Origin: Candidatus Babeliales bacterium
Lineage (GTDB): Bacteria; Babelota; Babeliae; Babelales; JANWKD01
Reading direction: 5' to 3'
Assembly (NCBI GenBank): GCA_963722075.1
Contig: CAVRJM010000001.1
Span: 1,216,001 to 1,280,000, forward strand
Length of the DNA stretch: 64,000 nucleotides
In this document: positions 31,128 to 40,012 of the stretch, piece by piece
Layout of the letters: every line of letters starts with the position of its first letter
Position numbering within the stretch: position 1 is the first letter of the stretch
Position numbers and translations under genes: made by a program
Notes under the pieces: model-generated
Databases searched by the model: none
Told to the model about the DNA's origin: nothing
The model's input: only the letters and a program-made list of their open reading frames with translations

Positions 31128-32025
31128 AAATTGGTATTATTGGGCTGGGTAAAATGGGCAATGTGCTGGTGTATCGCTTAAAAAAAGCACACTTTGAAGT
31201 GGTGGGATTTGACCCTCAATTAAAAGCCCGTACTGCTATTAATAAATATGGTGCAAGCACTGTTTCTTCGATCGAAATGATTTCTGCGCATGCGCGCATT
31301 ATATGGTTGATGGTGCCAGCTGGGGCCGCGGTTGATGCTGTTTTAAAAGAATTAGAGCCGCATTTAAAAAAGGGCGATATTATTATCGATGGTGGTAATA
31401 GTTACTTTAAAGATTCAATAAAACATGCGCAGCAATTAAAAAAAAGGGAATTCATTTTATTGATTGCGGCACTTCTGGTGGTCTTGCAGGTAAGAAAAAG
31501 GGTTTTTCCTTAATGATAGGAGGAGATGAAAAAATTTTTAATTATCTAGAGCCACTCTTTAAAGCATTAGCTGCTCCTAAGGGATATGGGTATATGGGCG
31601 ATTCAGGTGCAGGGCATTACGTTAAAATGGTACATAATGGTATTGAGTATGCATTATTACAAGCATACGCAGAAGGATTTCATTTATTAAAAAATGGTTC
31701 TTATAAGGATTTAGATTTAGAAAAAATAACCGGCGTATGGGACCATGGTTCCATTATTCGTTCGTGGATTTTGCATTTGGCTCATGATATTTTTAAAAAA
31801 GATCAGCAATTGAAAGATGTGGTAGGCATAATACAGGAGAGTGGTATGGGGCAGTGGACGGTGGATGAAGCGCATGAAAAAAAGATTCCCGTAAAGCTAA
31901 TCGAAGATGCTTTAACAATTCGTGCATGGTCACGTGAAACTGGTGGTGATTATGCTACTAAAGTGGTTGCCTTACTGCGGCATGCTTTTGGCGGACATGC
32001 AATAACAAAAAGGAAAAAGAAATGA
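31124..32025 (+). CDS. gnd: 6-phosphogluconate dehydrogenase (short type), split by a 1-nt frameshift in an A8 tract at 31438-31445
   Basis: IGLGKMG, IIDGGNS, then in the shifted frame IDCGTSGG, GAGHYVKMVHNGIEY; one extra A restores a single ORF. Confidence 0.92.
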
Positions 32026-32651
32026 AAATTATAGATATTAGTTGGCCGCTTTCAGAAAACATGACGCAATATAAAGATGTAGATTTATTTTCAGCTACTC
32101 ATATTACAAAGCCGACTAGTGGTGCGATGGAAACGCACGTTTCTCTTTCCTCTCATACCGGTACGCATGTTGATGCGCCAGCGCATTTTATAGCAGATGG
32201 TAAAACAATTGATCAAATTCCCTTGCAACAATTATTAGGTGAATGCCGGGTGCTTGATTTAACGCATGTAACAGAAAAAATTACCCATAATGATCTTGCT
32301 GCTCATGCAATAAATGAACATGAAATCATACTTATTAAAACCACTAATAGTTTCATTAGCTCTGTTGATCGTTTTAATCCGGCATTTGTATATGTAACAG
32401 CAGACGCAGCCCATTTTTTGGTAGCAAAGAAAATTAAAGCACTGGGCTTTGATTATTTAGGTATTGAACGCAATCAGCCCGATCACCCGAGCCATAAAGC
32501 ACTAATGATGGCCAATATTCCTATTGTTGAAGGGTTGCGGTTAGTGGATGTGAATGCTGGGATCTATTTTTTTTGCTGTATGCCGTTATTATTACCCGGT
32601 GCCGATGCAGCACCTGCACGTGCTATTTTAATTGAAGATATCATTAAGTAG
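32022..32651 (+). CDS. Cyclase-family (kynurenine formamidase-like) metal-dependent hydrolase
   Basis: HTGTHVDAPAH motif, GFDYLG, IVEGL, GADAAPARA; overlaps the gnd stop codon. Confidence 0.9.
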   Translation: MKIIDISWPLSENMTQYKDVDLFSATHITKPTSGAMETHVSLSSHTGTHVDAPAHFIADGKTIDQIPLQQLLGECRVLDLTHVTEKITHNDLAAHAINEHEIILIKTTNSFISSVDRFNPAFVYVTADAAHFLVAKKIKALGFDYLGIERNQPDHPSHKALMMANIPIVEGLRLVDVNAGIYFFCCMPLLLPGADAAPARAILIEDIIK

Positions 32652-32658
32652 CATTAAT

Positions 32659-33837
32659 TTATTGTTGATTGGGCAAATGCAAGGTGGAGCAATACCCGCA
32701 TTCTTTAAATACGGTTAGGAGTGGCTCAAAGGTCTTTCGTTTAGACGGAGTAAGCAAATATGGTTTATCATGGAACTCATTTATATCTTTTTGGAGATTT
32801 TGAATTGCCGAATGCTCATTTTGTTCTTCATCTTCGGGATCAATATTCTTGTATAATTTATTAGGATTAGCCTCATTTGATAATAAGAATTTAATAAATC
32901 CTAACCAGTTATTGCGCCTTGTTTTACAATTGTCAGTACAAAAATATTCAATAGCGGCCATTAGCAATGGTAATCTGCGGAATGTATATTTTTTTCTACA
33001 CTGATAATAGATTCCAGGTCCAATAAATAAATTATTTGGATTTACGCCATATTGTAATAATTTCTGGACAAATAAATTCAATTCTTGAAATGTTTTATTC
33101 AAAGCTATTGTTTTACAGCACTTACATTCATAAAAATTAAAAACATTCCTTTTCTTGCAGTTATCACAAAAAATGCCGACAGGATAGTTTGAATCCCAAA
33201 ACAACGTATAGATGGTTTTTGGATCAATAGTGGCTTTTCTGTTCATTAAATCAGTACTAAGTTCAAAATCACCAATCAAAAGCGAGAAAAATAATATCGA
33301 TTTTCCTTGAATTAAAAAATTACTTTGCATATTGTTCTTTAGAAGAATAGTAATTGCATCGAGCACCGGTAAAATATGCATCTGTGCACATTCTCGCTCA
33401 TCTCTATTTTTAAGATTAGGAAACTTCTTTAAAGTTTCTACTATATAATTTGCATTAATACAAAAACTATTTTTTGTAGTGTCACTTTTTTTATTAAGTT
33501 GTTCCATAATTTCAGTCAATACACAATCAGAAGCGATATTCCATGGGAAGTTTTTGTGGATGAGCGGGTCTTGTGCTATCGAGTGATTATGATGTGAGCA
33601 TAAACTGAAACTTAAAAGAGACTTATATGAATTAAGTGCACGTTCAAATTGCTTATAATTTTCAATGGTCGCGGGCATTCCGCAAACAAAGCCTGCTACA
33701 TGATAGCTTAATTCATTAGGCAAGAAAGTGAAAAAATCAATTGCAATAGAAGTTTGATTAGTATTACTTGCTTGCTCCATGAGTAAGCTTTTTGTGGGCA
33801 ACATTAATACTATTAATAATATTATGCATTTTTTCAC
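32659..33837 (-). CDS. Secreted protein with F-box-like N-terminus and degenerate ankyrin repeats
   Basis: Signal plus LLME; FTFLPNELSYHVAGFV; LLQYGVNPN and FLLSNEANPN. Confidence 0.6.
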   Translation of the reverse strand: MKKCIILLIVLMLPTKSLLMEQASNTNQTSIAIDFFTFLPNELSYHVAGFVCGMPATIENYKQFERALNSYKSLLSFSLCSHHNHSIAQDPLIHKNFPWNIASDCVLTEIMEQLNKKSDTTKNSFCINANYIVETLKKFPNLKNRDERECAQMHILPVLDAITILLKNNMQSNFLIQGKSILFFSLLIGDFELSTDLMNRKATIDPKTIYTLFWDSNYPVGIFCDNCKKRNVFNFYECKCCKTIALNKTFQELNLFVQKLLQYGVNPNNLFIGPGIYYQCRKKYTFRRLPLLMAAIEYFCTDNCKTRRNNWLGFIKFLLSNEANPNKLYKNIDPEDEEQNEHSAIQNLQKDINEFHDKPYLLTPSKRKTFEPLLTVFKECGYCSTLHLPNQQ

Positions 33838-34031
33838 GTAAAATCCTTTATTAATGCTTTTATTAAAAATATGATTGATAGTATTCTATCGAAAAGAAGT
33901 AATTATATCAAAATATTACAATATGGAAATTTCCATGAAGAAGGTATGAGTCCGAATCTAAAAGTTCCTTGTAAAATTAAAATCATAATTAAAATTTACA
34001 AGGAATTTTTGTTTTTTTAAGTCAATAGGGC

Positions 34032-34071
34032 ATTATGATTATGGTCATAGATAATTGACCATAATCATAAT
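34032..34071. promoter_or_regulatory. Perfect 16-bp inverted repeat upstream of SOD (candidate operator)
   Basis: ATTATGATTATGGTCA-N8-TGACCATAATCATAAT. Confidence 0.5.
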
Positions 34072-34118
34072 AAAATGGTATTTTTTTGTACGAAATTATA
34101 GTTATAAAGGAATAAACA

Positions 34119-34856
34119 ATGAAAAAAATTGCTATTATTATTGGCTGCATATTAGTAATTACCATACAGGCGAGCTTTCTTTCTGAATCTTTGATAGGTA
34201 AAAAAGAAAAAAATGAACTACAAAAGCTTCCTCTGCCCCATTATGAATCAAAAAAGTTTGATTTACAGGCAACATTGAAGGGTTTTAGCAAAAAACAAAT
34301 TGACGAGCATAAAGAGCTGTATCAGGGATATGTTAATAAAAGAAATGAAATAACAGAGCGCTTACAAGATGCTGATCGCTCACCTGCCAATAAAAGTTAT
34401 TCATCATTCAGAGCTCTTAAGACCGCTGAAACGTTTGCTATGAATGGTGACATTTTACATCGTTTATATTTTCAAAATATGGGATCAACGGGCAAGAAAA
34501 TAGGCCCAAAAACAGAAGAATATATTATAAAAAATTTTGGTTCTGTAGGTGCCTTCAAAGAGGATTTGTTTGCTACTGCTAAAGCAGCACGCGGCTGGGC
34601 GGTAACTGCCTTTACTCCCGATGATGGACGCATTAATAATTTTCTTTTTGATACGCATAATCAAAAAGTTCCTGCACTTGCTATACCTATTTTAGTTCTT
34701 GATGTGTATGAACATGCATATATGATCGATTTTGGCATTAAAGTAGTCTCTTATCTAGATGTTTTTTGGGATAATATTAATTGGGACGTTATAGAACAAC
34801 GCATGAATTTCATCGATAAGTACCATAATGTATGGAGCGAATATTTTATTGATTAG
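34119..34856 (+). CDS. Fe/Mn superoxide dismutase with N-terminal signal peptide
   Basis: HKELYQGYV, LHRLYFQN, LDVYEHAY and INWDV motifs. Confidence 0.92.
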   Translation: MKKIAIIIGCILVITIQASFLSESLIGKKEKNELQKLPLPHYESKKFDLQATLKGFSKKQIDEHKELYQGYVNKRNEITERLQDADRSPANKSYSSFRALKTAETFAMNGDILHRLYFQNMGSTGKKIGPKTEEYIIKNFGSVGAFKEDLFATAKAARGWAVTAFTPDDGRINNFLFDTHNQKVPALAIPILVLDVYEHAYMIDFGIKVVSYLDVFWDNINWDVIEQRMNFIDKYHNVWSEYFID

Positions 34857-35439
34857 TACCTGAATCGTCTTTACAGCAAATCTTTAATAGTTGATGAGCC
34901 CATAACATTCTTTGGTCTCTAAAACTTTCATGACAATTAGGGCAGTTGAATATACTTTCATGCTTATGGTTAAAAATATGTTCATCGAATAGGGTCTGTT
35001 TGTAAAATTGTTTGGCACAGTAATGACAGACCTGTAATTTTCTTGTGGGCATAGTTTTTGTAGGTTTTTTGTATTTTCTTTTTGGCTTTGTTTGTGAAGC
35101 TACTTTCTTATTGGACGTTTTATTAATAATTAGTTTATTAACTGTTAGAATATGAGTCTTTTTTAGAATTGTGTCATTGAAACAGTTTGTTGATTGAGGT
35201 GATGGAGTTATAGTTTGATTTGATTTATTTTGTAACGGTCCAGTTGCAATGGGACTCAACATAGAATCATTTTGAATTGAAACCGGAGTTTGTGAGGGTA
35301 CTGTAAAATCACTTAGAAATGGTAATAATGTAGCATCTTCTACCTTTTCTGCATCAGGAAATTCGTAAATCCAGGTTAAATTATCCATTGCTTCAAGATA
35401 ACCGATAAAAAAGATTAGTATAAAAAAATTTTTTTTCAT
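34846..35439 (-). CDS. Secreted protein with two C2H2-type zinc fingers
   Basis: Signal plus AMD; CHYCAKQFYKQTLFDEHIFNH and CPNCHESFRDQRMLWAHQ; basic KPKRKYKK patch. Confidence 0.8.
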   Translation of the reverse strand: MKKNFFILIFFIGYLEAMDNLTWIYEFPDAEKVEDATLLPFLSDFTVPSQTPVSIQNDSMLSPIATGPLQNKSNQTITPSPQSTNCFNDTILKKTHILTVNKLIINKTSNKKVASQTKPKRKYKKPTKTMPTRKLQVCHYCAKQFYKQTLFDEHIFNHKHESIFNCPNCHESFRDQRMLWAHQLLKICCKDDSGTNQ

Positions 35440-35578
35440 AATTACTTATTCCTTATTAAATTTAATTCTTAATAATGATACTGTTTTTTACAAAAAATTC
35501 CATTTGTTGTTTTTTATGAACGGTTTTTGCTAATATAATATATGTAAATTTATATTTGCAATTAAAGGAAAGAAGAAT

Positions 35579-36133
35579 ATGAAATTAATTAAGTATATTT
35601 TTTTTACATATATATTATTACTTAGCTTTTTTATTAAGGCATCAGAAGTCAATATTAATGGTTTAAAATCTAAAAATGCTAAAATTACCGAGAAAGTTGA
35701 ATTAATTTCACGTAAAAATGTGACCGAAATATTGAAACTTGGATTTCCGAGATTTTATGAATTATTAGGCAAAACGGGATATCTTCCAGCTTTAGAAGGT
35801 GCTAACGCTGTTACGATATTTGCCCCAACCGATGATGCGGTGAAAAAATTAAATGACATTTTTGGTGGAAAAGAGGCATTTAATAGGATTTTTGGTACTT
35901 CCGAAGGTATAGAAAAATTAAAAAAGATAGTGCGATTACATATTGCTCCTGATACTACGATGGCAGCAGATATTATGGAAATGAGTTCCATTCAGCCTTT
36001 TGGGGGTGGGAAATTGAATTTAAAAACCAAAAATGGTGTTATAACCATTAACGATAGCTCCGCAGTAATTCAAGCAGACATTTTAGGTAGTAATGGCGTA
36101 GTTCATGCAATTGATGCGGTAATTATGCCTTAA
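35579..36133 (+). CDS. Fasciclin (FAS1) domain protein
   Basis: TIFAPTDDA and ADI..SNGVVHAIDAVIMP motifs; signal peptide. Confidence 0.92.
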   Translation: MKLIKYIFFTYILLLSFFIKASEVNINGLKSKNAKITEKVELISRKNVTEILKLGFPRFYELLGKTGYLPALEGANAVTIFAPTDDAVKKLNDIFGGKEAFNRIFGTSEGIEKLKKIVRLHIAPDTTMAADIMEMSSIQPFGGGKLNLKTKNGVITINDSSAVIQADILGSNGVVHAIDAVIMP

Positions 36134-36873
36134 AACCCAAAAAGACGAATAGTGCTTATAAAATCATTATAATTTCCGGTGACGATCCATTGTACTTTTG
36201 AATCGGTAAGTGGATTGGCATGCAATTCAAATAATACGGTGCGTATGAGTAATTCAGGGGAGACTAGGGAAATAGTGGCATGGTAATTGCTTACTATCAA
36301 CTCTTTAATCAAAGCATAATGAGTACAACCAAGAAGTAACGTATCAATATTGGTATTAAGAAATATCTTAAAATAAGATCGTAGTAAAGAAACGATTTTC
36401 TGTTGATTTGTATACTGCTTTTCTATAGCGCTTGCCAATTGAGGACATGCTTTATCCAAGATTGTTAAATTGGCATTATATTGTAACAACTTTTTCTTAT
36501 GAAGTTGGGTAGCAATAGTTGCTTTTGTTCCTACAATACCAATGATGCCATTTTTAGTAGTAGTGAGCGCTTCTTGAATGATAAGTTCAACGATATCGAT
36601 AAAATAGATAGTTGGAAATTGTTCTTTTAAGTAATTTAATGCATTAGTTGATGCAGTATGGCAGGCAATAATGATAATGGTACATCCTTGTTGTACTAAA
36701 TGATTCACTGCAATATAGGTCAGATTTTGAATTTCTAGCGCACTTCGTTTACCGTAGGGCATATGAAGGGTATCAGCAAAATAAATGAATTCAAAGCCTG
36801 GTAACGATATGATTTCCTTTAAAATTGATAAACCACCAATGCCTGAATCAAAAATGCCAATTTTTTTTAACAT
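36130..36873 (-). CDS. murI: Glutamate racemase
   Basis: FDSGIGGLS, PYG, IACHTAS and LGCTHY motifs. Confidence 0.95.
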   Translation of the reverse strand: MLKKIGIFDSGIGGLSILKEIISLPGFEFIYFADTLHMPYGKRSALEIQNLTYIAVNHLVQQGCTIIIIACHTASTNALNYLKEQFPTIYFIDIVELIIQEALTTTKNGIIGIVGTKATIATQLHKKKLLQYNANLTILDKACPQLASAIEKQYTNQQKIVSLLRSYFKIFLNTNIDTLLLGCTHYALIKELIVSNYHATISLVSPELLIRTVLFELHANPLTDSKVQWIVTGNYNDFISTIRLFGF

Positions 36874-36918
36874 GACAACTTATTAAGTTTAATTCTTCTT
36901 TGACTCTTTATTTTTTAT

Positions 36919-37007
36919 AAATGGATCCAGCCTTCGTTAATCCAGCCGCCGCTAACGTATAGGATATTATTAATTAATGGATCCCCACGCAAGCTCGGGA
37001 TGACGAT
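36919..37007. repeat. Degenerate composite REP/RPE-like element
   Basis: GGATCCAGCCTTCGTTAATCCAGCC and GGATCCCCACGCAAGCTCGGGATGACG. Confidence 0.65.
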
Positions 37008-37079
37008 TGCCGGAATATTGACCATACCAAATGATAATGTCTAAAAACAAAGAAAGTCATTTTAAATGCATTTGCCTGG

Positions 37080-37604
37080 TTAATAAGAAAAGTCTGGGTA
37101 AAACACTTTTATTTCTTTTTTAGCATTTTCAATCGAATCAGAACCATGTATCGCATTGTGGGTGATATCAGTGCCAAAAAGTTTTCTAATGGTCCCTTCT
37201 TCTGCCTTAGCCGGATCAGTAGCTCCCATGAGCGTACGCCAATCTTTAATGGCATTTTCTTTTTGCAATACCATAATAACGCTTGGTCCTGAGGTAATGT
37301 AATTAATTAACTCCTTAAAGAAAGGGCGTTCTTTATGGATTGCGTAAAATTCTTCTGCTTGTTTTTTTGAAATTACCACTTTTTCTATTTTTAATAGTAC
37401 AAAATCATGATGTTCAATACTATCAATAATTTTGCCGGTATTTTTTGCCGTTACGGCATCGGGTTTAATAATAGCAAATGTTTTTTCAAAGGGTTCACAA
37501 CTTGTTTTAACGTCTAATAATTTTTTAAAATTACTCACATTTAACAGAATAAACAGCGCTAATCCAGCAATAAAAACTGAAATTACCATCATTGTTTTAT
37601 TCAT
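37080..37604 (-). CDS. ndk: Nucleoside diphosphate kinase with N-terminal signal/membrane anchor
   Basis: TFAIIKPDAV, FYAIHKERPFF, NAIHGSDS; about 38-aa hydrophobic N-terminal extension. Confidence 0.93.
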   Translation of the reverse strand: MNKTMMVISVFIAGLALFILLNVSNFKKLLDVKTSCEPFEKTFAIIKPDAVTAKNTGKIIDSIEHHDFVLLKIEKVVISKKQAEEFYAIHKERPFFKELINYITSGPSVIMVLQKENAIKDWRTLMGATDPAKAEEGTIRKLFGTDITHNAIHGSDSIENAKKEIKVFYPDFSY

Positions 37605-37624
37605 AGTTATGCCCCGTTATAGAG

Positions 37625-37651
37625 AACGAGGCGGGATAAACCCGCCTCGTT
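37625..37651 (-). terminator. GC-rich hairpin between the two ndk genes
   Basis: AACGAGGCGGG-ATAAA-CCCGCCTCGTT perfect 11-bp stem. Confidence 0.65.
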
Positions 37652-37656
37652 TATTA

Positions 37657-38067
37657 TTACATTACTGTTGGAAAAAATTGCTTAATTTCTATAAGTGCAT
37701 TTTCTGAAGAATCAGATCCGTGCACCACATTAAAATCAATCGATTCACCAAAGAGCTTACGCAAAGTACCTGGTTCAGCTTTTAAGGGGTCAGTAGCTCC
37801 CATAAAATCACGCCATGCTTTAATAGCGTTATCCTTTTGCAATACCAAAATAATGGCAGGGCCCATGGTAACGTTAGAAACTAAGTTAGGAAAAAAAGGC
37901 TTTTCTTTATGAATTGCATAGAATTGCTCAGCTTGTTTTTTAGATAAATGGATCTTCTCCATTGCTAAAATTTCAAAGCCATTTTTTTCTATAAGATCAA
38001 TAATAGCGCCTGTTTTTTTACCGGTAACGGCATGTGGCTTAATAATTGCTAAGGTTTTCTCTATCAT
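37657..38067 (-). CDS. ndk: Nucleoside diphosphate kinase (cytoplasmic)
   Basis: TLAIIKPHAV, GATDP and NVVHGSDS motifs. Confidence 0.95.
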   Translation of the reverse strand: MIEKTLAIIKPHAVTGKKTGAIIDLIEKNGFEILAMEKIHLSKKQAEQFYAIHKEKPFFPNLVSNVTMGPAIILVLQKDNAIKAWRDFMGATDPLKAEPGTLRKLFGESIDFNVVHGSDSSENALIEIKQFFPTVM

Positions 38068-38089
38068 GAAAAACTCCTGTTGTTATATA

Positions 38090-39898
38090 TTATTCTTCGG
38101 ATTCATTATCACGGCGTGCGGCATGTTTTTCAAGCTCAATTTGAAGCATTGATTTTGGCTTAGTTGTTTGTTCAGATCTTTTATCTTTATTGCGTGATGG
38201 TTTTTCGCTGATGAAAGATTCTTTTTTTGCTTTCTTTTCTCTTGATTCATCTTCATCCGTTAATTTTAAGCTTAAGCCAAGTTTATGTTCTTCTTTGCTT
38301 ACCTTAATAACACGGAATGGATATTTTTGGCCAACTTTAAGAATGTCATTAACATTATCAACATTATTCTTAGAAAGTTCAGAAACATGAACGAGGCCTT
38401 CGATACCGATCGGAAGCTTAATGAAGGCACCAAAATTGGTTATTTTAGAAACTTCACCTTCAATAATAGTTCCTATTGGATATTGTTGTTCGATGAGTTC
38501 CCATGGATTAGGCTGTAACTGTTTGATTCCTAATGCGATGCGTTTATTTTCTTCATCAACACTGAGAACAACTGCTTCTACTTCTTGACCCTTTTTATAG
38601 ATATCTGCTGGATGAGTAATGTGTTCGGTCCAAGAAAGATCTGAAATATGAACAAGGCCATCGATACCAGGCAGTAATTGTACAAAAATACCAAAATCGG
38701 TAATGTTACTGATTTGGCCTTTTATTCGTTGCCCTACTTTAAATTGTTCACCAATTGCTTGCCATGGATTTTTTTGAAGCTGCTTAATACTGAGCGACAT
38801 GCGGCGATTGTCTTTATCTAAGGAAACAATTAACACCTCAATAGTGTCGCCAACTCTAAAATGTTTATGAAGATCATGAATACGATCGGTCCAAGAAATT
38901 TCTGAAATATGAACAAGGCCTTCAACGCCTTTTTGAATTTCTACAAAGAGACCGTAATCAGTAATGCTTGAAATTCTTCCTTTAACCTGTGCGCCCACTT
39001 TAATATCTTCAGGAATGGTTGCCCATGGATTATCAGTAAGCTGCTTCATGCCAAGGGAGATCTTTTCAGTATCTTTATCAAAGGAAAGTACTTTAACGGT
39101 AACCTTATCCCCGATTTTTACTAGTTCACTTGGATGGGTTATTCTACCCCAGGTCATATCAGTAATATGAAGGAGGCCGTCAACGCCACCAATGTCTATA
39201 AAGACACCATAATTGGTAATGTTTTTAACGATTCCCTGAATAACGGAGCCTTCTTTAAGTCCTTCAAGGATCTTCTTACGTGATTCTTGTCGTTGGTCAT
39301 TGAGGAATTTACGACGAGAAATAATAACATTTCCACGTTTTTGATTAATTTTTATAATGTACGCGGTAATAGATTGGCCTACGTATTGATCAAAATCAGC
39401 AACGCGCTGTACATCAACTTGCGATCCAGGCAAGAATGCTGGGATGCCAATATCGACGCTTAAGCCACCACGTACCTTGTGGGTTACAATACCTTCTACC
39501 GGTTTATTTTCTTCAAATAGTTTAGTGATATGATCCCACGCACGTAATGCTTTAGCTTTTTCATAAGAGAGGCTTAAATTGCCTTCAATATTCTCAATCT
39601 CATCAAGAATTACTTCTATTTCTGATTGTGGGGCTAATTTTTTGAGCTCATGTTCAGAGAATTCATATAATGGAATTAAACCAAGGGATTTATAACCAAT
39701 ATCAACTAAAACACCATTTTGATCGATAGAAACAGCTCTTCCTATAACTATTTTACCTGGTTTGAATTTATCTACGATACCATTGTAAATAGCGTTTAAT
39801 TCTTGCAGTTGTTCTTGATTAAAATCGACTAATGGTTCGTTACTCCAATCTTTTTTAATATGGGCAAATTGGGTACTTTTTATGACTTCTTTGGACAT
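38090..39898 (-). CDS. rpsA: 30S ribosomal protein S1
   Basis: Six S1 repeats (AFLPGSQVD, GLLHITDMTW, GLVHISEISW). Confidence 0.97.
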   Translation of the reverse strand: MSKEVIKSTQFAHIKKDWSNEPLVDFNQEQLQELNAIYNGIVDKFKPGKIVIGRAVSIDQNGVLVDIGYKSLGLIPLYEFSEHELKKLAPQSEIEVILDEIENIEGNLSLSYEKAKALRAWDHITKLFEENKPVEGIVTHKVRGGLSVDIGIPAFLPGSQVDVQRVADFDQYVGQSITAYIIKINQKRGNVIISRRKFLNDQRQESRKKILEGLKEGSVIQGIVKNITNYGVFIDIGGVDGLLHITDMTWGRITHPSELVKIGDKVTVKVLSFDKDTEKISLGMKQLTDNPWATIPEDIKVGAQVKGRISSITDYGLFVEIQKGVEGLVHISEISWTDRIHDLHKHFRVGDTIEVLIVSLDKDNRRMSLSIKQLQKNPWQAIGEQFKVGQRIKGQISNITDFGIFVQLLPGIDGLVHISDLSWTEHITHPADIYKKGQEVEAVVLSVDEENKRIALGIKQLQPNPWELIEQQYPIGTIIEGEVSKITNFGAFIKLPIGIEGLVHVSELSKNNVDNVNDILKVGQKYPFRVIKVSKEEHKLGLSLKLTDEDESREKKAKKESFISEKPSRNKDKRSEQTTKPKSMLQIELEKHAARRDNESEE

Positions 39899-40012
39899 TC
39901 AGTGCTCGTAAAGGGTTTAAGGGTTAACAAAATACAAATATTGTAAAGTTTAACATCAAATTGAGAAATTGACAAATCTCATAAGTGCTTTATTGAATAT
40001 TTGCAACGATTT

